Of a DNA stretch of 64,000 nt, positions 32,880 to 47,549 are shown piece after piece (within the stretch, counting starts at the first letter, position 1; each line of letters starts with the position of its first letter). This DNA comes from the human T2T-CHM13v2.0 reference genome, Homo sapiens: the NCBI RefSeq assembly GCF_009914755.1, contig NC_060933.1, one strand, 5' to 3'. A program made the translations under genes and the position numbers. Under the pieces are notes generated by a model. That model saw only the letters and a list, made by a program, of their open reading frames with translations, made no database searches and was not told the DNA's origin.

Positions 32880-34746
32880 AATGGTGTGGACAGAGTTAAG
32901 GGAGCCAATCAGGGAAGATGGAGTACTCAGGGGCTAGCAACAGCTGGGAGTTGTTACCACCCTAGGTCTGAAGGAGTAAGAGAGAATGATGTCTCTGCAG
33001 CCCCTTGAGATCAGGAGCTGTTAGGGAGGAGCTGCCTCTGGCCAATGTTGTGATCACAAGAGGGCAGAGCCACTTCTAGACACAGGGCCCAGACCAGGGA
33101 GGGAGTGGAGAAGAAATAGCCTGACTTCTGAGGGCTCTTTTCTGTTCCATTGGTCTATATCTCTGTTTTGGTACCAGTACCATGCTGTTTTGGTTACTGA
33201 AGCCTTGTAGTATAGTTTGATATCACACATCTACAACCATCTGATCTTTGACAAACCTGACAAAAACAAGAAATGGGGAAAGGATTCCCTATTTAACAAA
33301 TGGTGCTGGGAAAACTGGCTAGCCATGTGCAGAAAGCTGAAACTGGATCCCTTCCTTACACCTTATACAAAAATTAATTCAAGATGGATTAAAGACTTAA
33401 ATGTTAGACCTAAAACCATAAAAACCCTAGAAGAAAACCTAGGCATTACCATTCAGGACATAGGCATGGGCAAGAACTTCATGACTAAAACACCAAAAGC
33501 AATGGCAACAAAAGCCAAAATTGACAAATGGGATCTAATTGAACTAAAGAGCTTCTGTACAGCAAAAGAAACTACCATCAGAGTGAACAGGCAGCCTACA
33601 AAATGAGAGAAAATTTTTGCAATCTACCCATCTGACAAAGGGCTAATATCCAAAATCTACAAAGAACTTAAACAAATTTACAAGAAAAAATCAAACAACC
33701 TCATCAAAAAGTGGGTGAAGAATATGAACAAACACTTCTCAAAAGAAGACATTTATGCAGCCAACAAACACATGAAAAAATGCTCATCATCACTGGTCAT
33801 TAGAGAAATGCAAATCAAAACCACAATGAGATACCATCTCACACCAGTTAGAATGGTGATCATTAAAAATTCAGGAAATAACAGGTGCTGGAGAGGATGT
33901 GGAGAAATAGGAACACTTTTACACTGTTGGTGGGACTGTAAACTAGTTCAACCATTGTGGAAGACAGTGTGGCGATTCCTCAGGGATCTAGAACTAGAAA
34001 TATCATTTGACCCATCCATCCCATTACTGGGTATATACCCAAAGGATTATAAATCATGCTGCTATAAAGACACATGCACACATATGTTTATTGTGGCACT
34101 ATTCACAATAGCAAAGACTTGGAACCAACCCAAATGTCCAACAATGATAGACTGGATTAAGAAAATGTGGCACATATACACCGTGGAATACTATGCAGCC
34201 ATAAAAAAGGATGAGTTCATGTCCTTTGTAGGGACATGGATGAAGCTGGAAACCATCATTCTGAGCAAACTATCATGAGGACAGAAAACCAAACACCACA
34301 TGTTCTCAGTCATAGGTGAGAATTGAACAATGAGAACACTTGGACACAGGGTGGGGAACATCACATACCGGGGTCTGTTGTGGGGTGAGGTTAGGGGGGA
34401 GGGATAGCATTAGAAGAAATACCTAATGTAAATAACGAGTTAACGGGTGCAGCACACCAACATGGCACATGTATACATATGTAACAAACCTGCACACATA
34501 TGTAACAAACCTGCACATTTTGCACATGTACCCTAGAACTTAAAGTATAAAAAAGAAAAGAAAAGAAATAACCTGACCTCTTGTTCTCCTTCTGTTCCAT
34601 CTCCTCCTGGTTCCTCCCATTGGTCAAACCCAATCTGGAGACAGCAATGAGAGAATCCGTGAAGTCAGCATCCTGGGGCACAGAGCAAGACATACAAGGG
34701 TGGAGGATGGTTGGAAGTGAGGGAGCACACAGAGAATAACCAGCAT
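32880..34746 (-). mobile_element. LTR33/LTR41-family ERVL solo LTR split by an L1
   Basis: ggggctagcaacagctgggag...accacccctagg-like motif, cctcccattggtcaaacccaa, cctggggcacagagca, terminal aataaccagca. Confidence 0.7.
33126..34562 (+). mobile_element. 5'-truncated, 5'-inverted L1PA5/6-like LINE-1
   Basis: 33126-33220 is antisense ORF2; 33221-34562 is sense ORF2 end, 3'UTR and tail; TSD aagaaatagcctgac (33111-33125) / aagaaataacctgac (34563-34577). Confidence 0.93.
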
Positions 34747-36388
34747 AGATCAAAACCAGCCAGATGGCAGTTGCTTAGTGCCAGGTAATTTGTCTGTGGC
34801 TAGAATGAATCAGAGGAGAAGGCTGCTCACAACTATGCATGCTCTCAGGCCTCAGGCTATGATGGGCATGGCTCTAGTGCTTGAGAGTAACTCAAGTGCT
34901 AAATGGGGAAACCAACGCACAAACCTTACCCTTTGGAGACTCCAACATGATGGGAGATGGGAGATGAACTACGAGGAATATTGTACAGACTTACTAGGTT
35001 TCTTGGCTCTATTCCATTGACTTAGTTCCTGATTCCATTAGATGCGGGTGGACGCAAGGATGCTGATGTCCTTGTTGTCTCCATTCTCATAGGCTCAGGA
35101 ATTGGGTTGAGTCTGGGACCTCCCAGAGTTTTGGTTGTTGGAGTTGCCACCAGGTGGGGGAGGAAGCTGTAATTGATGCAGGTGCATGGAGTAGTGGTGG
35201 ACTTAACAGACACAGAGTACAGAAGCCTTAGAAGAAAGGCTGAGTGACTAGGAGCCTAGATAATTAGTTTCTGGAAGCTGAGAGGGCCATCTGTGGGTGG
35301 AAAGAGGCCAATGTGGCATCCATACCTAGCAGGGACTTAAAAAACGCAGTGAGTCTCCCTCACAACAGGGCTTTTACTTTGTGGTAAGTACCAGTCTCCA
35401 TGTCCTTAACCTGGTCCTGTGGAAGGGAGCAGGAATTGGAAAAAACTTGCTGAGGAGTATGGTGGAGTTGGGAGGAGACGCAGTGGTTTTGGGGAGAAAG
35501 ATCTTGACATTCTCTGGTTTTCACCTCAGTGTTTTCTCAGATTTCCTTAGAAAATATCTCTTAAACATATTGTCCTTTAGTGAGGATTACACCTGAGAAA
35601 GGGAACTTTCTACTTAGATTAAAAGGCCCAACCTGAACTGAGTTCTCCATTAACTGACAAAATAATTAACAGACTCTATTATGTGTACACAGGATAGATT
35701 TTTTGCATATGTTCATAAATAATACTAAAATGAACTTTTTAAACATGTATGGAATATACCTTAAGCCCCGTGGTCTTTTCTTTGGATGATTACAAAGAAC
35801 ATGATCAATTATTTTCTATCAGACCACGGCGCACATCTTGGCATTTTGAATCATGGTTGTCTTTGTGCCGTTATTCTTTGTTGCTATCCCTGGGTCAGGA
35901 GTGGGTCATCCATGTGCTGCTGCCTTCCTTGGAAGTGGCAGCCACACCTCTCTGGAACTGAACCCTGATATCTTATCACCTTGGGCCACCTTTATAGGCA
36001 TGGTGACTACCATTAAAACTTAATAGATACACATCAATGACACTTCTAGCTTTACGTGGATTCAAAGTTAGAAAACTTACAATTGCCAAAATGAGTAAAA
36101 CAATCTTGCATTTGTCCTTTATGTGCTTAGAGGATGTTAAAGATAACCACTGATATTGTTTCCCCCACATGTGGGTGTGGCTGGAAAGATCAGTGTGCAT
36201 CCCTTCTTGGCAGAGAGTGGTTTCCGATTCCAGGGCCTGCCTCTCGGTGTGTGCCCACCTCCCAGATTCACCCATACCCTGTCTCTCAGATTTGCATCTT
36301 TGAACCATTTCATCCTCACGTTTTCTGCCTCATGTTGATATTTTATGGCATCTTGAAAGTGCTTGACCCAGATGTCTCAGATGTCTTA

Positions 36389-36652
<264 letters not shown>

Positions 36653-37869
36653 CTAGTTCTTGAAATAAGTAACTTCCAGATTTAAGTGATTGTGTCAACA
36701 CTATTAATTCAGATGTGAGGCAATTATTCTACATTTTACTATACTTTTTGGATTCATTATAAGCAGAATTATGTCTTATTTTTGCTTCTAAAATTGGGTT
36801 AGTTTATACTAAATTTTGAATCTTACTCTCTAGCTAATTATATTTGTGGTTGAGGCCAAACTAAGCCAGAGGCTGCACCCTACAAATATCTGAGCAGTGT
36901 AAAATATCCCAGCTTACCATAGGAGGAAAGGCCTTATTGGCATGACATTTTATAAATATTGAGGAGATGTCAGGATCACACAGTGACTATATGACTGGGT
37001 GTTCTGGAATAGTCCCAATGTTAAATGCTGGGCCGTGTGGGTTAAGCACCCATCTTAGCCAATGAGGGGAGGAAATCCTCAGAGTAATTTACAACCTTTC
37101 CTCCGTTTCCTGTACCACTCCTGGGTCACAAAGGCCTGTGAGCTGTACCTTTCTATTCTGTTTCTTCCAAAAGAGAATGTGTGTGATGTGCCTGAAGGAC
37201 AGAATTACTTCAGTTTCTGACTTGTAGACTAAATACATCCTTCTTTACTTTCATTTGTTAACGTATAATTTTAAGTGTATTGGGTGGGAAGTAGTAGTCT
37301 TGCTGGAAGATTTCCTTGTAGTCTCTTTTTCCATTAAATTTGTATTTAGTAACTCTGTAATGCCTTTGATTTTTTGCTTATGAAAGTAATATAGAAAAGT
37401 ATAATTTATTGCCTTACACAGATTTCTAGAACTACTCATTTCATATACAGCCTAAATATTTTAAAGACTCTTAATATACATATTGTGAGATTGTATCCCA
37501 GAAAGTTTGTACCAATCCACATTCCTGCAAATTGAGTAAATGAATGTTTTTATTAGAATCAAAAATTATTATTATTATTATTAAACCTTTGCTAACTTGA
37601 TAGTTGAAACCATCTTATTTTTATTGCATTTATGTAATTACTAGTGATGTTTATAAAAATATCTAAATAAGCCAATAAGTACATATTTATTAGCTTTTGT
37701 ACACTCCCCCCCTTGGAGGGATAGAAGTGTGACATTTTTTTTTAATTGAGTAAATCCTTCTTTATTTAGAAACAAAAGAACTCATAAAGATAAAAAGACA
37801 ATGAACAACATTTTACTTCTTTTTACAGATTCTGCATGCTAACTTTTTAAAAAAGCCTTTGTCAATGCA

Positions 37870-38070
37870 TTTTTTTTAAATTTGTACAAATTTATAGGGT
37901 GCATGTAAAATTGTGTTACATGTATATAATGTGAAGTGATCAAGTCAGGGCAGGGTATTTAGGGTGTCCATCACCTGAATACAATACATTTTTGTTAAGT
38001 ATACTCACCCTGCTCTATCAAACATTGAATTTATTCCTTCTATCTTACTGTATGTTTGTACCCTTTCACC
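37870..38070 (-). mobile_element. L1MA-type 3' end among older L1M fragments (~37480-39780)
   Basis: gtgatcaagtcaggg...tttagggtgtccatcacctgaataca...atttattccttctatc. Confidence 0.7.
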
Positions 38071-38788
38071 CAAGAAGTATAACATTTTTAAGTGCTGAAA
38101 TGTATTTACCTTTTTCTTGTTTTCTTTTTTTTTTGTTTTCCCTCATTAGAGAGTCTTTCTCTATTCAGAGGTCATCTATATTTTTCTTTAGTTTTTAAAA
38201 GATTTGATGCAAAAACAGTTATCTCTTAATCTACAGGAATTCACGTTAATGTGTGTGGTGTGAGGTGTGGATTTAAATAGCTGTTTTTCATTAAAACAAT
38301 TTTTATTAGTTAGCATTGTAGTTGTAAAGAACAGAATCCACTATGGCTAATTTAAGCAGACATAGCACATACTGAGGATCTCATGTGGCCACAAAATCAC
38401 TGAGCTGGGTGGGGCGACCTTCCAGCAATTACGTCTAGAGCTGTGTCAGAGCACTGGCCAGGTGAGTGATCTGCCAGCTGCCTCCGCTGCTGCGTTTACC
38501 TGTAAAACGTCTGGAGCCTTTGAGGAAAATGTAGCCACATCTGACTGGGGAAGGAACTTTTCTAGAAATTATTTTTGGAAGGCAGTCCTCACAATGTGGG
38601 AAATTATTGAAATATAGGGAAAATGTGCATGAGATTGGGTGACCACAAGAGATAGGCAAGTGAGTAAACCAACTACCTAGGCACATTCAACACTGACTTG
38701 TGAGGCCACCTCCCTAGATTTTTTATATTAAAAAAGCATAGATTAGTAGGATCAGTCTCTGGTTTATGTAGCCAATTTTATCTGATTG

Positions 38789-39235
38789 CAGTTGACCCTT
38801 GAATAACACAGAGGTTAGGGATGCTGATCCCCTGCCCAGTCAAAATTCACGTATAACTTTTGATTCCCCCAAAACTTAACTACTAATAACTGGCTGTTGA
38901 CTGGAAACCTTACAAATAACATAAACAGTCAATTATCACATATTTTGTATGTTATATATATATTATGTAGTTCTTTTTACAACAAAGTAAGGTAGAGAAG
39001 AGAAGATGTTACAAAGAAAATCATAAGGAAGGGAAAATATATTTACTGTGCATTAAGCAGAAGTAGATCATCATAAAGGTCTCCATCCTTGCTGTATTCC
39101 TATTAAGTAGGCTGAGCAGGAGGAGGAGGAAAAGGAAGGGTTGGTCTTGCTGTCTCAGGGATGGCAGAGGTAGGAGAAAATCCATCTACAAGTGGATCTG
39201 CACAGTTCAATCTCGAGTTGTTCAGGGGTCAACTC
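38789..39235. mobile_element. Tigger2a-like TcMar DNA transposon
   Basis: TIRs cagttgacccttgaataac ... gttgttcaggggtcaact; ~447 bp; internal ccccaaaacttaactactaa. Confidence 0.88.
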
Positions 39236-42200
39236 CATTTTTATACTCTTGTGCTAATGCCATAATTATTTTTTTGTTGTGTTATATTTTACCTACTACT
39301 GATGTACAATGCACTTATTTTTCAGTTCTAGTTATTCTTGCCTGTTTATTCTTCTGGACGAACTTTAAGATCGTTTTATCATTTTACGGAAAAAGTTAAA
39401 ATGGTATTTTGATTAGAATTGCATTAAGCCTTCACATTAATTTGGCAAGTATTGACTTTGTTAAATAACCATTCTTTCCATCGAAGTATGTGATATATAT
39501 TTTCATTTAGTCAAAAAAATTTTAATGTTCCTTAATAAAGTTTTGTAGTTTTCTTCATAAGGGTATTTACATTTCACATTAAAGTTATTCTAAAGCATTA
39601 TATATTATTGCAAATCTAAAGAGACCCAGTTTTCCTTTTATTTTCCCTGTGTTTTCCTGCTGGTAAGGAAAGCTATTAAATTTTGCATAGGTGTTTTGTG
39701 TTAAACACTTAAAAAATCTATTTAATTCTCTTTAAGATAATTTTAATTAATTTTGGGCTTTCTAAGTACATGGATATATTCAAATAATAGTCATTTTGGA
39801 ACATGACATGACAACTATAAAACACATGAAAAATGATTTATATATGATTAATTCAATAAGCTAGGTGTAAAAATACCCTGGAAGAGGAGATGGTTCTAAT
39901 ATTGAAATAATTATTGCATTCCCTCTATACGGATATTCTAAGTAACACGTGTAAAGCTGGTGATTTATAGCATCCAGATATGTTCTGCAAAGTCCATCAC
40001 ATGCCTTGGTTTCCCTGTCAATCTGCACGGCATACCCAGACACACATGGTGTTTTCTCCTTAAATGCAAGTTCTTAGGCTTCACAATCAGATTCTGAGTA
40101 GCAACACATTAATTCAAGCAGATTGATGCCTCAAGGAGTCTCTGTGGCCTTGCCTTTCCATTTGCTCAGTAGTGAAAGGGATTTCATAAATGAAAACAGG
40201 CCAGGGCTTACTCAGTTCAATCTTCCTGCCCACGCCACTCTCTTCCTTTTGACAACTAAGCCAGGTGTTTGGAGAACAATGTCAGTGGGGTTTGTGGAAT
40301 GTTACACTTGGAAGATTTTTTTTTTTTAAATCAGTAAATAAGCCCCAAAACAAGTGGAAAGAATTTGGTGAATGTTTGCTTTTAAGACTTCAGAGACTCA
40401 AAATGATCTCGTCTCTCCCAGGCCTGCTAATGACTAAGGAAAGGGGTATTAGTTACATAGATCTTCACTAAAAAACTATGGGATGATTAATGCCTTGGGT
40501 TTATAATAGTCATCATTGGATAATAGCCTCTAATTGCATAGGGCAGAAAATACAGAGAAAGATATACATGTCCTGAATAGGACAGAATCTTGCTTAACAA
40601 ATGTTCCTTGGGACTTAAAAAATTATAACAAGTATTCATTTCTACCTGTCACCTTAAAGGCACTTCATAGACAGCCCCATTCCTTCGTAGCTCATTGGCC
40701 ATCTAGTCATACTAAATAGTACCTGTGCTTGCTGTTAAGGGCACATATAACAAAGATGAGTGGACTCAACCAAATCCACTTACCTTGCTTCGTCTGTTCT
40801 AAGATCCACAGGAGAAGATGGGGTTTGAGGATGTTTTTGCCTTAAGACAGCTGAAGATCCGTTCTATTTCTTGAGGTTTTTGATCTCTGGGACTCTCTTG
40901 TGATTGGTCATTTTAGGGTGGTTCTTAATAGACTTAGGAATTTGGCTCTGAGCCTAACCCAGGCACAGCTCAGATTCTGCTCTTTCCGGTCAGAAGTGGA
41001 GCAGTGTAACGGGATTTGGGGAGGTCTTCTGATGACATGAGGAGGTGTGTTAAGTAAAACATACTAAAAGACCAAGGTTGAAACTTTCTTAATACTTGAA
41101 GGATTGCAGGATATTTGAGGTTGAAAAGGTTGCATTTACAGCCGGAAATACGAGGAATCCTGTCACATCTTGAAGGAGCTCTACAGGGTCTGTAACATTC
41201 TCCAGCTGGGCTTAAATATTAGAATCCTTATGCAGTCCTTTTATGCTCACCTTCAAAGCCTGCTGGGTCTGACTTGAGTGTGGAGCCACAGAACACGGCT
41301 CCTCACATTTCTTGCTAGCCTGGCAGAGACCAAGAGTTCACGATTGCTGAAAAGTTGAAAAAAAAAACAAAAAACAATTTGATGTGTATAGGTAATATCA
41401 TATGATGAAACCTCTTTAGAAAAATCTGTATAATTAACATTTTTTCTGTTTAAAAATGTTGCAAATTGATCTGAAGAAAGCACACAATCCTCTTAAAACT
41501 TAAAGATTATTTTGGAGGTGAACTAGAAATCTGCTAGAGCAAGGATTAAAAGGTTAATGATTTAATAATTAGTCAATTCTGATAATCAGCTTCATGAGGA
41601 AATCCCATTTATTTTGAGAAGGAAACACAACTTCTTTCTGGTTGAAAAAGGCTGTAGGAGTTTTGAGATTAATAAGTGGATCAAAATTTTATAAAAGTTG
41701 TGAACTTAAGGTTTCCTGCTTTTAAAATATTTTCTTAAATGATGTTACAAGTATAAGTAACAGCAGATTATTTTAAATTAATTAATGCAATAGAAAATTA
41801 TATTTTTAATAGAAAATATGATTGAGTGGAACAGTGTTGTTTAATTCAGGTGTGAGTATATTGATAAGTGGTCATATTTGGATCATAGGATTCAAACACC
41901 ACCATGACCTGAGGCAGTCAAGTGTGGTTGAATAAAAACTATGCTATTTCTCAAAACTCAAATGCAGATACTGAGGGCAAAGTCATGGACCATGTGATAG
42001 CTTCTTTTTCCCTCCTCAAATTAACTGCTTTTGGCTGTAAAGCTAGATATATTTAAGAGATTAATTTCTATTAATTTTTTTCCCATTTCTCTCCCCTCAG
42101 CAAAGTCAATGGCAGGTTGAAAGTCTAAAAGGAAGACCTCAATTCCTTCTAGCTTCTGTTTTCAAAGGCCAAACTGAAAGGAGTGCTCAAAGTATCCAAC

Positions 42201-43039
42201 AAGGATGAGGAAAGTTGAAAGTCCGTTGCAGAAAGAAGTAGAGTGGCTTGGCAAAAGCAGGGGTTCATAGAAGTTCCTGCTACAGACTAGAAGAACATTC
42301 TCTTGGGCTGGATGGAGGAAAGGAGAGAGGTTGTAGGCCCTAGAGAAGGGGGATCCTGACAGCATCCTACAGAGGGAGCGAGACCCCAGAATGTGCATCT
42401 AGGCGGTTAAGGCCCGAGACATTCTCACAAAATCTAGTGTCCTGGGACCATGAAGCATCAGTGAGAAACTGGGCCTCAAGGAGCTACCAGGACTAGACAG
42501 TGACCATCTCTTTGGCAAACTGTGTGGGCAAAAAACTATTCCGAACAAACTCACCTCTCTTCTGCCCTCAGAACTTAGATACAAGCTGAGGAAAGGGGAT
42601 GACCACTGAACCCCTGGCATTGTTTCCTACCAGTCTGATGGGGGCTTAAATTTGAAATTGACTTCCAGGATAGAAAGGTACATTATTTCCTTTAGGTTTT
42701 ATTTTGTGGACTGAGATTGAGCTTCTCTGAAGCTGCTTATAAGGATCAGTTATCAGTTTTTGTAGTTTTCCACAGTGAAAACTATAAAACTCTTTTGGGT
42801 ATAGACAAAGTTTAAGAATTAGTCTCTATATGATTCAGTCCCTGAGTCAAAGTTTTGGTCACTGATGGAAGCAATGGTGAGAAAAATATTCATACACTAT
42901 AGGAGGATAACAGTGACCTAGGACATTTAGAAATACAACTAAAATTAATTTTCTACCTGCAAATTAAGTTATACTTACTATTGACTTTCATTAAATTTAT
43001 CTGTTAGAGTCCCAGAAAAAAACAAGTGAAATGTTCAAA

Positions 43040-43520
43040 TTGAAGAACTTGAGGAGAGACTGCTGAGAAGGGCCTATTTACAAAGGGGCAGTTAGGAAAA
43101 GCAGGAAATGATGGTGCCATAACTTTGAGGCTAGTCACAATGGGAGGTCCTTCCCATCCCTGGGCTGAAGGGGAAAGGGGAGATGTTGGTTATTGGAACC
43201 CATAGGGTCGGGGAGGGAGAGGAGAGAGTTTTATGACAAGGGTTACTTTTCAGGAGTTGTGGCCTTCAGTAGAGAGATGTAGTCAACCTGTTATGATTGG
43301 CAGGGAGGAAGCTAGGGAAATAAATAAGTAAATAAATAAATCTCAACCTCGCTCTCCCTTTTCCTTTGCAATTTCTACTAGTGCCTTTCTTTGGCCAAGC
43401 CCAACAGAAAGTTACAGGGCAGGGAGCCAAATTATATAGTCCAATATGGGTCAGCCTCCTGGGGCACTGAGCAGAGAAGAGGGACACAATAAATTAAGTG
43501 GCACTGAGAATAACCACCAC
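43040..43520 (-). mobile_element. LTR33-family ERVL LTR
   Basis: ttggccaagcccaacagaaag...gggcagggagcc...ggtcagcctcctggggcac motifs. Confidence 0.6.
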
Positions 43521-44024
43521 GCAACCATGTTGGGAGACAGTCATCTCTCACTGTTGCATGATTAGATTGTAACTTTTTTTGGGGAGGGGGGTTTATTTTT
43601 GCTGCTGCCAGCAACACAAAGCAGGAGTAATTAGCATAAAATGAATTAGAACTAAGAAAAAGAAAGGGTAGGGAAGACATCTTCAATTCTGCAAAACAAG
43701 TGACTTTGGGTATTCACTTTCTATCAAGTCCTTGATTTAATTATTTTATTAGGTGATTCTTTTTCTGGCAAAGTCATCAGGAGCCATTTGTCATATTAAT
43801 ATTATAGACAGGTTCAGACATGGAGTGACTATACGGTCCTTCTCTTTGAAGGAAACCTAGTAGCATAGCAAGGAAAAGGACTGACACATGTAAGGCTTTC
43901 TGTGTTCCACAATCCAGAGAGGGTTGCAATACAGTGTTAAGTGGCAACCCACAGCATACTATTAGATCCCATGTGAATGGAGAGCCTGGGAGCCTGGAGT
44001 GTGCAATACCCTGGCCCTGGCTGC

Positions 44025-44293
44025 TTTTTTTTTTTTTTTTTTGGAGTCGAAGTCTCGCTGTGTTGCCCAGGCTGGAGTTCAGTGGCACAATTATAGCTCA
44101 CTGTAGCCTTGAACTACTGAGAAGCTACGGTACAGGCTGTGCCACTATGCCTGGCGATTTTTTTCTTATTTTTTATAGAAATGGGGTCTTGCTATGTTGC
44201 CCAGGCTGCTCTTGAACTCCTGGCCTCAAGTAATCCTCCCAGCTTGGCCTCCCAAAGCGTGAGGATTATAGATGTAAGCCACAGCACCTAGCC
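44025..44293 (-). mobile_element. AluJ with a ~30-bp internal deletion in the right arm
   Basis: atagctcactgtagccttgaact jumps straight to tgagaagct; cttgctatgttgcccagg. Confidence 0.85.
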
Positions 44294-44429
44294 CCTGGGA
44301 GCTTTCGGAGAGGCTGTATTCACCCCTCTGATGTTCCACTTATATCTATAAAGTGGGATTCTGTATTACTAAATTTAAAATTTAGTAACTCTACAATTTA
44401 GTAATTTCACGTGCCTTGAAAAGTAACCA

Positions 44430-44660
44430 TAACAACATAAATTTGTTTAATGTTCACTGTGTGCTAGATACTATACTAGTGAATCAATCTTCTGGAATCA
44501 AAAGATAATTATCACTTTTATTTTAATGGATAAGGAAAGCAGTACTCAGAGAGGTTAAATAATTTGCCTCTGTTTTCTCAACTCATAAGTGGCAAGCCTG
44601 GAAGTTGAGCCTGGGAGTCTTTCTCTCCAAAGCCCACACTCTTAACCGCTATCTTCCCAC
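44430..44660 (-). mobile_element. MIR
   Basis: ttttaatggataaggaaa...ctcagagaggttaaataatttgcc...taagtggcaagcctgg. Confidence 0.7.
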
Positions 44661-45451
44661 TGTTTATATAAAGGAAAAAGTAACTTTCACCTTTATGCAT
44701 TCAGCTAAATTTTAAGAGTGAAGCCATACTTTGTATGCCCATTGGCAATGTGAATTCCTTGTGATAAAATATTTTAAAAATATAAGATGCCATCCACATG
44801 TGGACCAGTGATGGCCATTAGCACTTTATCACTGTCAAGACCTAGGATTTCAGTTGCAAGAGGGAGGCTGGGGCAGCATTTGTCCAGGCTGGTCGGGTGT
44901 TCTGAGTTTCCATTTAGTTAGCCTGTAAATGAATGGGGTGTTACTGGAATGTGAAAGACTGCGTTTTCTGCTACTTGTCTATTCTCACTGAGTGAATGAT
45001 GTATGTAAATTGTAATTCATTCGTTGTTCCCTGAAATATGGCCGTAACTTCTACTTTCCTGACCTTTTCTGTAGTCTGTTTTGGTTGGTCATTTGTCTTT
45101 TCTACACAAGGCAGGGAGGCCACTAACAAGGGATAAATTAAGTGGTCAGCTAATCAAATGAGAGCATCACGTAAAGGTCAAGATGTAGCAGCACATCGCA
45201 ATAACTCACAGAATATGGGAACCGTTGAACAATGGATCCTTCCACAAGGAAGGGATTTAATTGACTAAGAGAAGTATATCCATTGTAATCGTCGCTTTCC
45301 CAGCATTGATGATAGTGGATAGGTGAAGTGTGTTTAATATGGTCAAAGTTTTCTACAGAGATGGTTACCAAATATAAGAGAAAAAATTGAACAGAGCCGC
45401 TAAAAGGTATTGAAATATCCCATACATACTTCTTTTTCCTTCCTGGCTCCC

Positions 45452-45918
45452 TGTCTTAGGTCAATTCCCTGGAAGCACAGTCTGAGATGAGGAATCCTGT
45501 GCAAGTGATTTATTGAGGGTTTCAGGAAAAATCAGTAAGCAAGTGAGGAAAGCAGGCTAGGGCAGAAGAGAAGCTAAGCACAGACTGGCTTCAGCTGGAG
45601 TCTAACTTCAGCCCAATCCCAAGGGGCTCTGGAGGCGTGATGCACCACAGTTGCTCCCATTGGAGGCAATGGGGCTGGGCTTTTGATCCCATATTGATTA
45701 GTCATTGGCTGCGGGCTGCACCTGAGTTGGGATAGTGGGGTTGAAACTCCTGGGCATTTCCTGGCAAGATGGCTTCTGTAGGTCAAGGGCAATTAACCAG
45801 AGAAGGGTGCAGCTGTGAGCCATTAGCAGTCAACACTCACAGGTGCTGCTGCAAGTGGATGGGTGACAGGCCTGGTAAAGGGGACCATTGAGGCTGGACA
45901 CCAGCAACATCTACTCCA
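45452..45918 (-). mobile_element. LTR16-family ERVL solo LTR
   Basis: tgtcttaggtc...gcaagtgatttattgaggg...cagctgtgagccattagcagtcaacac; the same motif is inverted in a fragment at ~59800-59935. Confidence 0.75.
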
Positions 45919-45941
45919 CTTTCAGGCTTCCTCATCACTTC

Positions 45942-46321
45942 TGCTATGGTTTGAATATATGTGTCCCTCCAAAATTCATATGTTGGCACCTACCACCCAA
46001 TGTGATGGTATTAAGAAGTGGGGCCTTTTGGGAAGTGATTAAGTAATGAGCACTCCACTCTCATAAATGGGATTCATGCTCTTATGAAAGAGGTAGAAGA
46101 GAGTGCCCTAGTCACGTTTTGCCCTTCCACCTTCACCAAGTGAGGATGCCATAAGAAGGTGCCATTTGGAAGCAGAGAGTGAGCTTACACCAGATGCCAA
46201 ATCTATCTGAAACTTGATCTTGGACTTCCAAGCCTCCAGAACTGCGGAGAATAAATTTCTGTTGTTTATAAATTACCCAGTCAATGATATTTTGTTATAG
46301 TAGCATGAGCTGAGAGAGACA
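45942..46321 (+). mobile_element. MST/MLT1A-type (MSTD-like) MaLR solo LTR
   Basis: TG...CA ends; ttgatcttggacttccaagcctccagaact; aataaa; 5-bp TSD acttc / gcttc. Confidence 0.85.
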
Positions 46322-47103
46322 GCTTCCTTCCTGACTCATAGGGTCAGAGTAAAGCTCTGAAGTGCTTTAGCCCTTTACATGAAGTAAGAGTAAGAATTAT
46401 TTGTAAAACATTTTTTCAGCATGTGTAGTGCGTGCATGCTGAAAAAAGTTTCTTATTGTGAACCATAGTCAAAGAAGTTTGAAAGTTAATCCTTCCACGG
46501 AGGACTTATTAGAAAGACAGATTTTTTTTTTCTTCTGGTTGTATATACAGAAGGTATACAGACTGACTCAAACTTTACTTAGGGGAGAATCTATCCTGAT
46601 TGTTCCTACAGCTTTACAGATGGCTGGAAATGCAAAGAACTGCAATTCTTCATTCTTTGCACATTTGCTGAGAAATTAAGTAAGAAACAATGGATTTCTT
46701 CCCTAGTCCTCTCATTCCCTGTCCATGCCCTCTGAACTTTCTACAAGATGGGTTCCTCTGCATGTAAAAGCCTCATCTTTAAAATGGGATGACTTAGGGA
46801 CAGAGCTTCTCTACAATTCTCTCTTTTTAAAAACTCTGGTGGAGAAGAACGTTACAGTCCTTTTACTCACTCTATGCTAGGGGACATGAATGACACCTGA
46901 TTAGTAAATACTGGAAGAATAACCAGTCATGCTTATTTCAGCTTTATCCATTCTCCTTTCATTTAGAAATGTGCCTTTCTGCAGAGGACATGAGTTCTCT
47001 GTCCCATGCCAAATACTGTGGAGGGGCCTTCCCTAGAGGGATCTGCTATTCAGATCAGTTTTGCCATGACTGGGTGGGTGTGTTTATGTCATTTTAATTC
47101 TAA

Positions 47104-47543
<440 letters not shown>

Positions 47544-47549
47544 TAGATC

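Noticed and set aside
35369-35389. Possible 15-nt microexon with a GTAAGT donor
   Set aside because: Weak pyrimidine tract and no host gene; isolated consensus donors are common by chance
38440-38470. Consensus donor CAG|GTGAGT
   Set aside because: No convincing upstream acceptor; next to MaLR-like sequence
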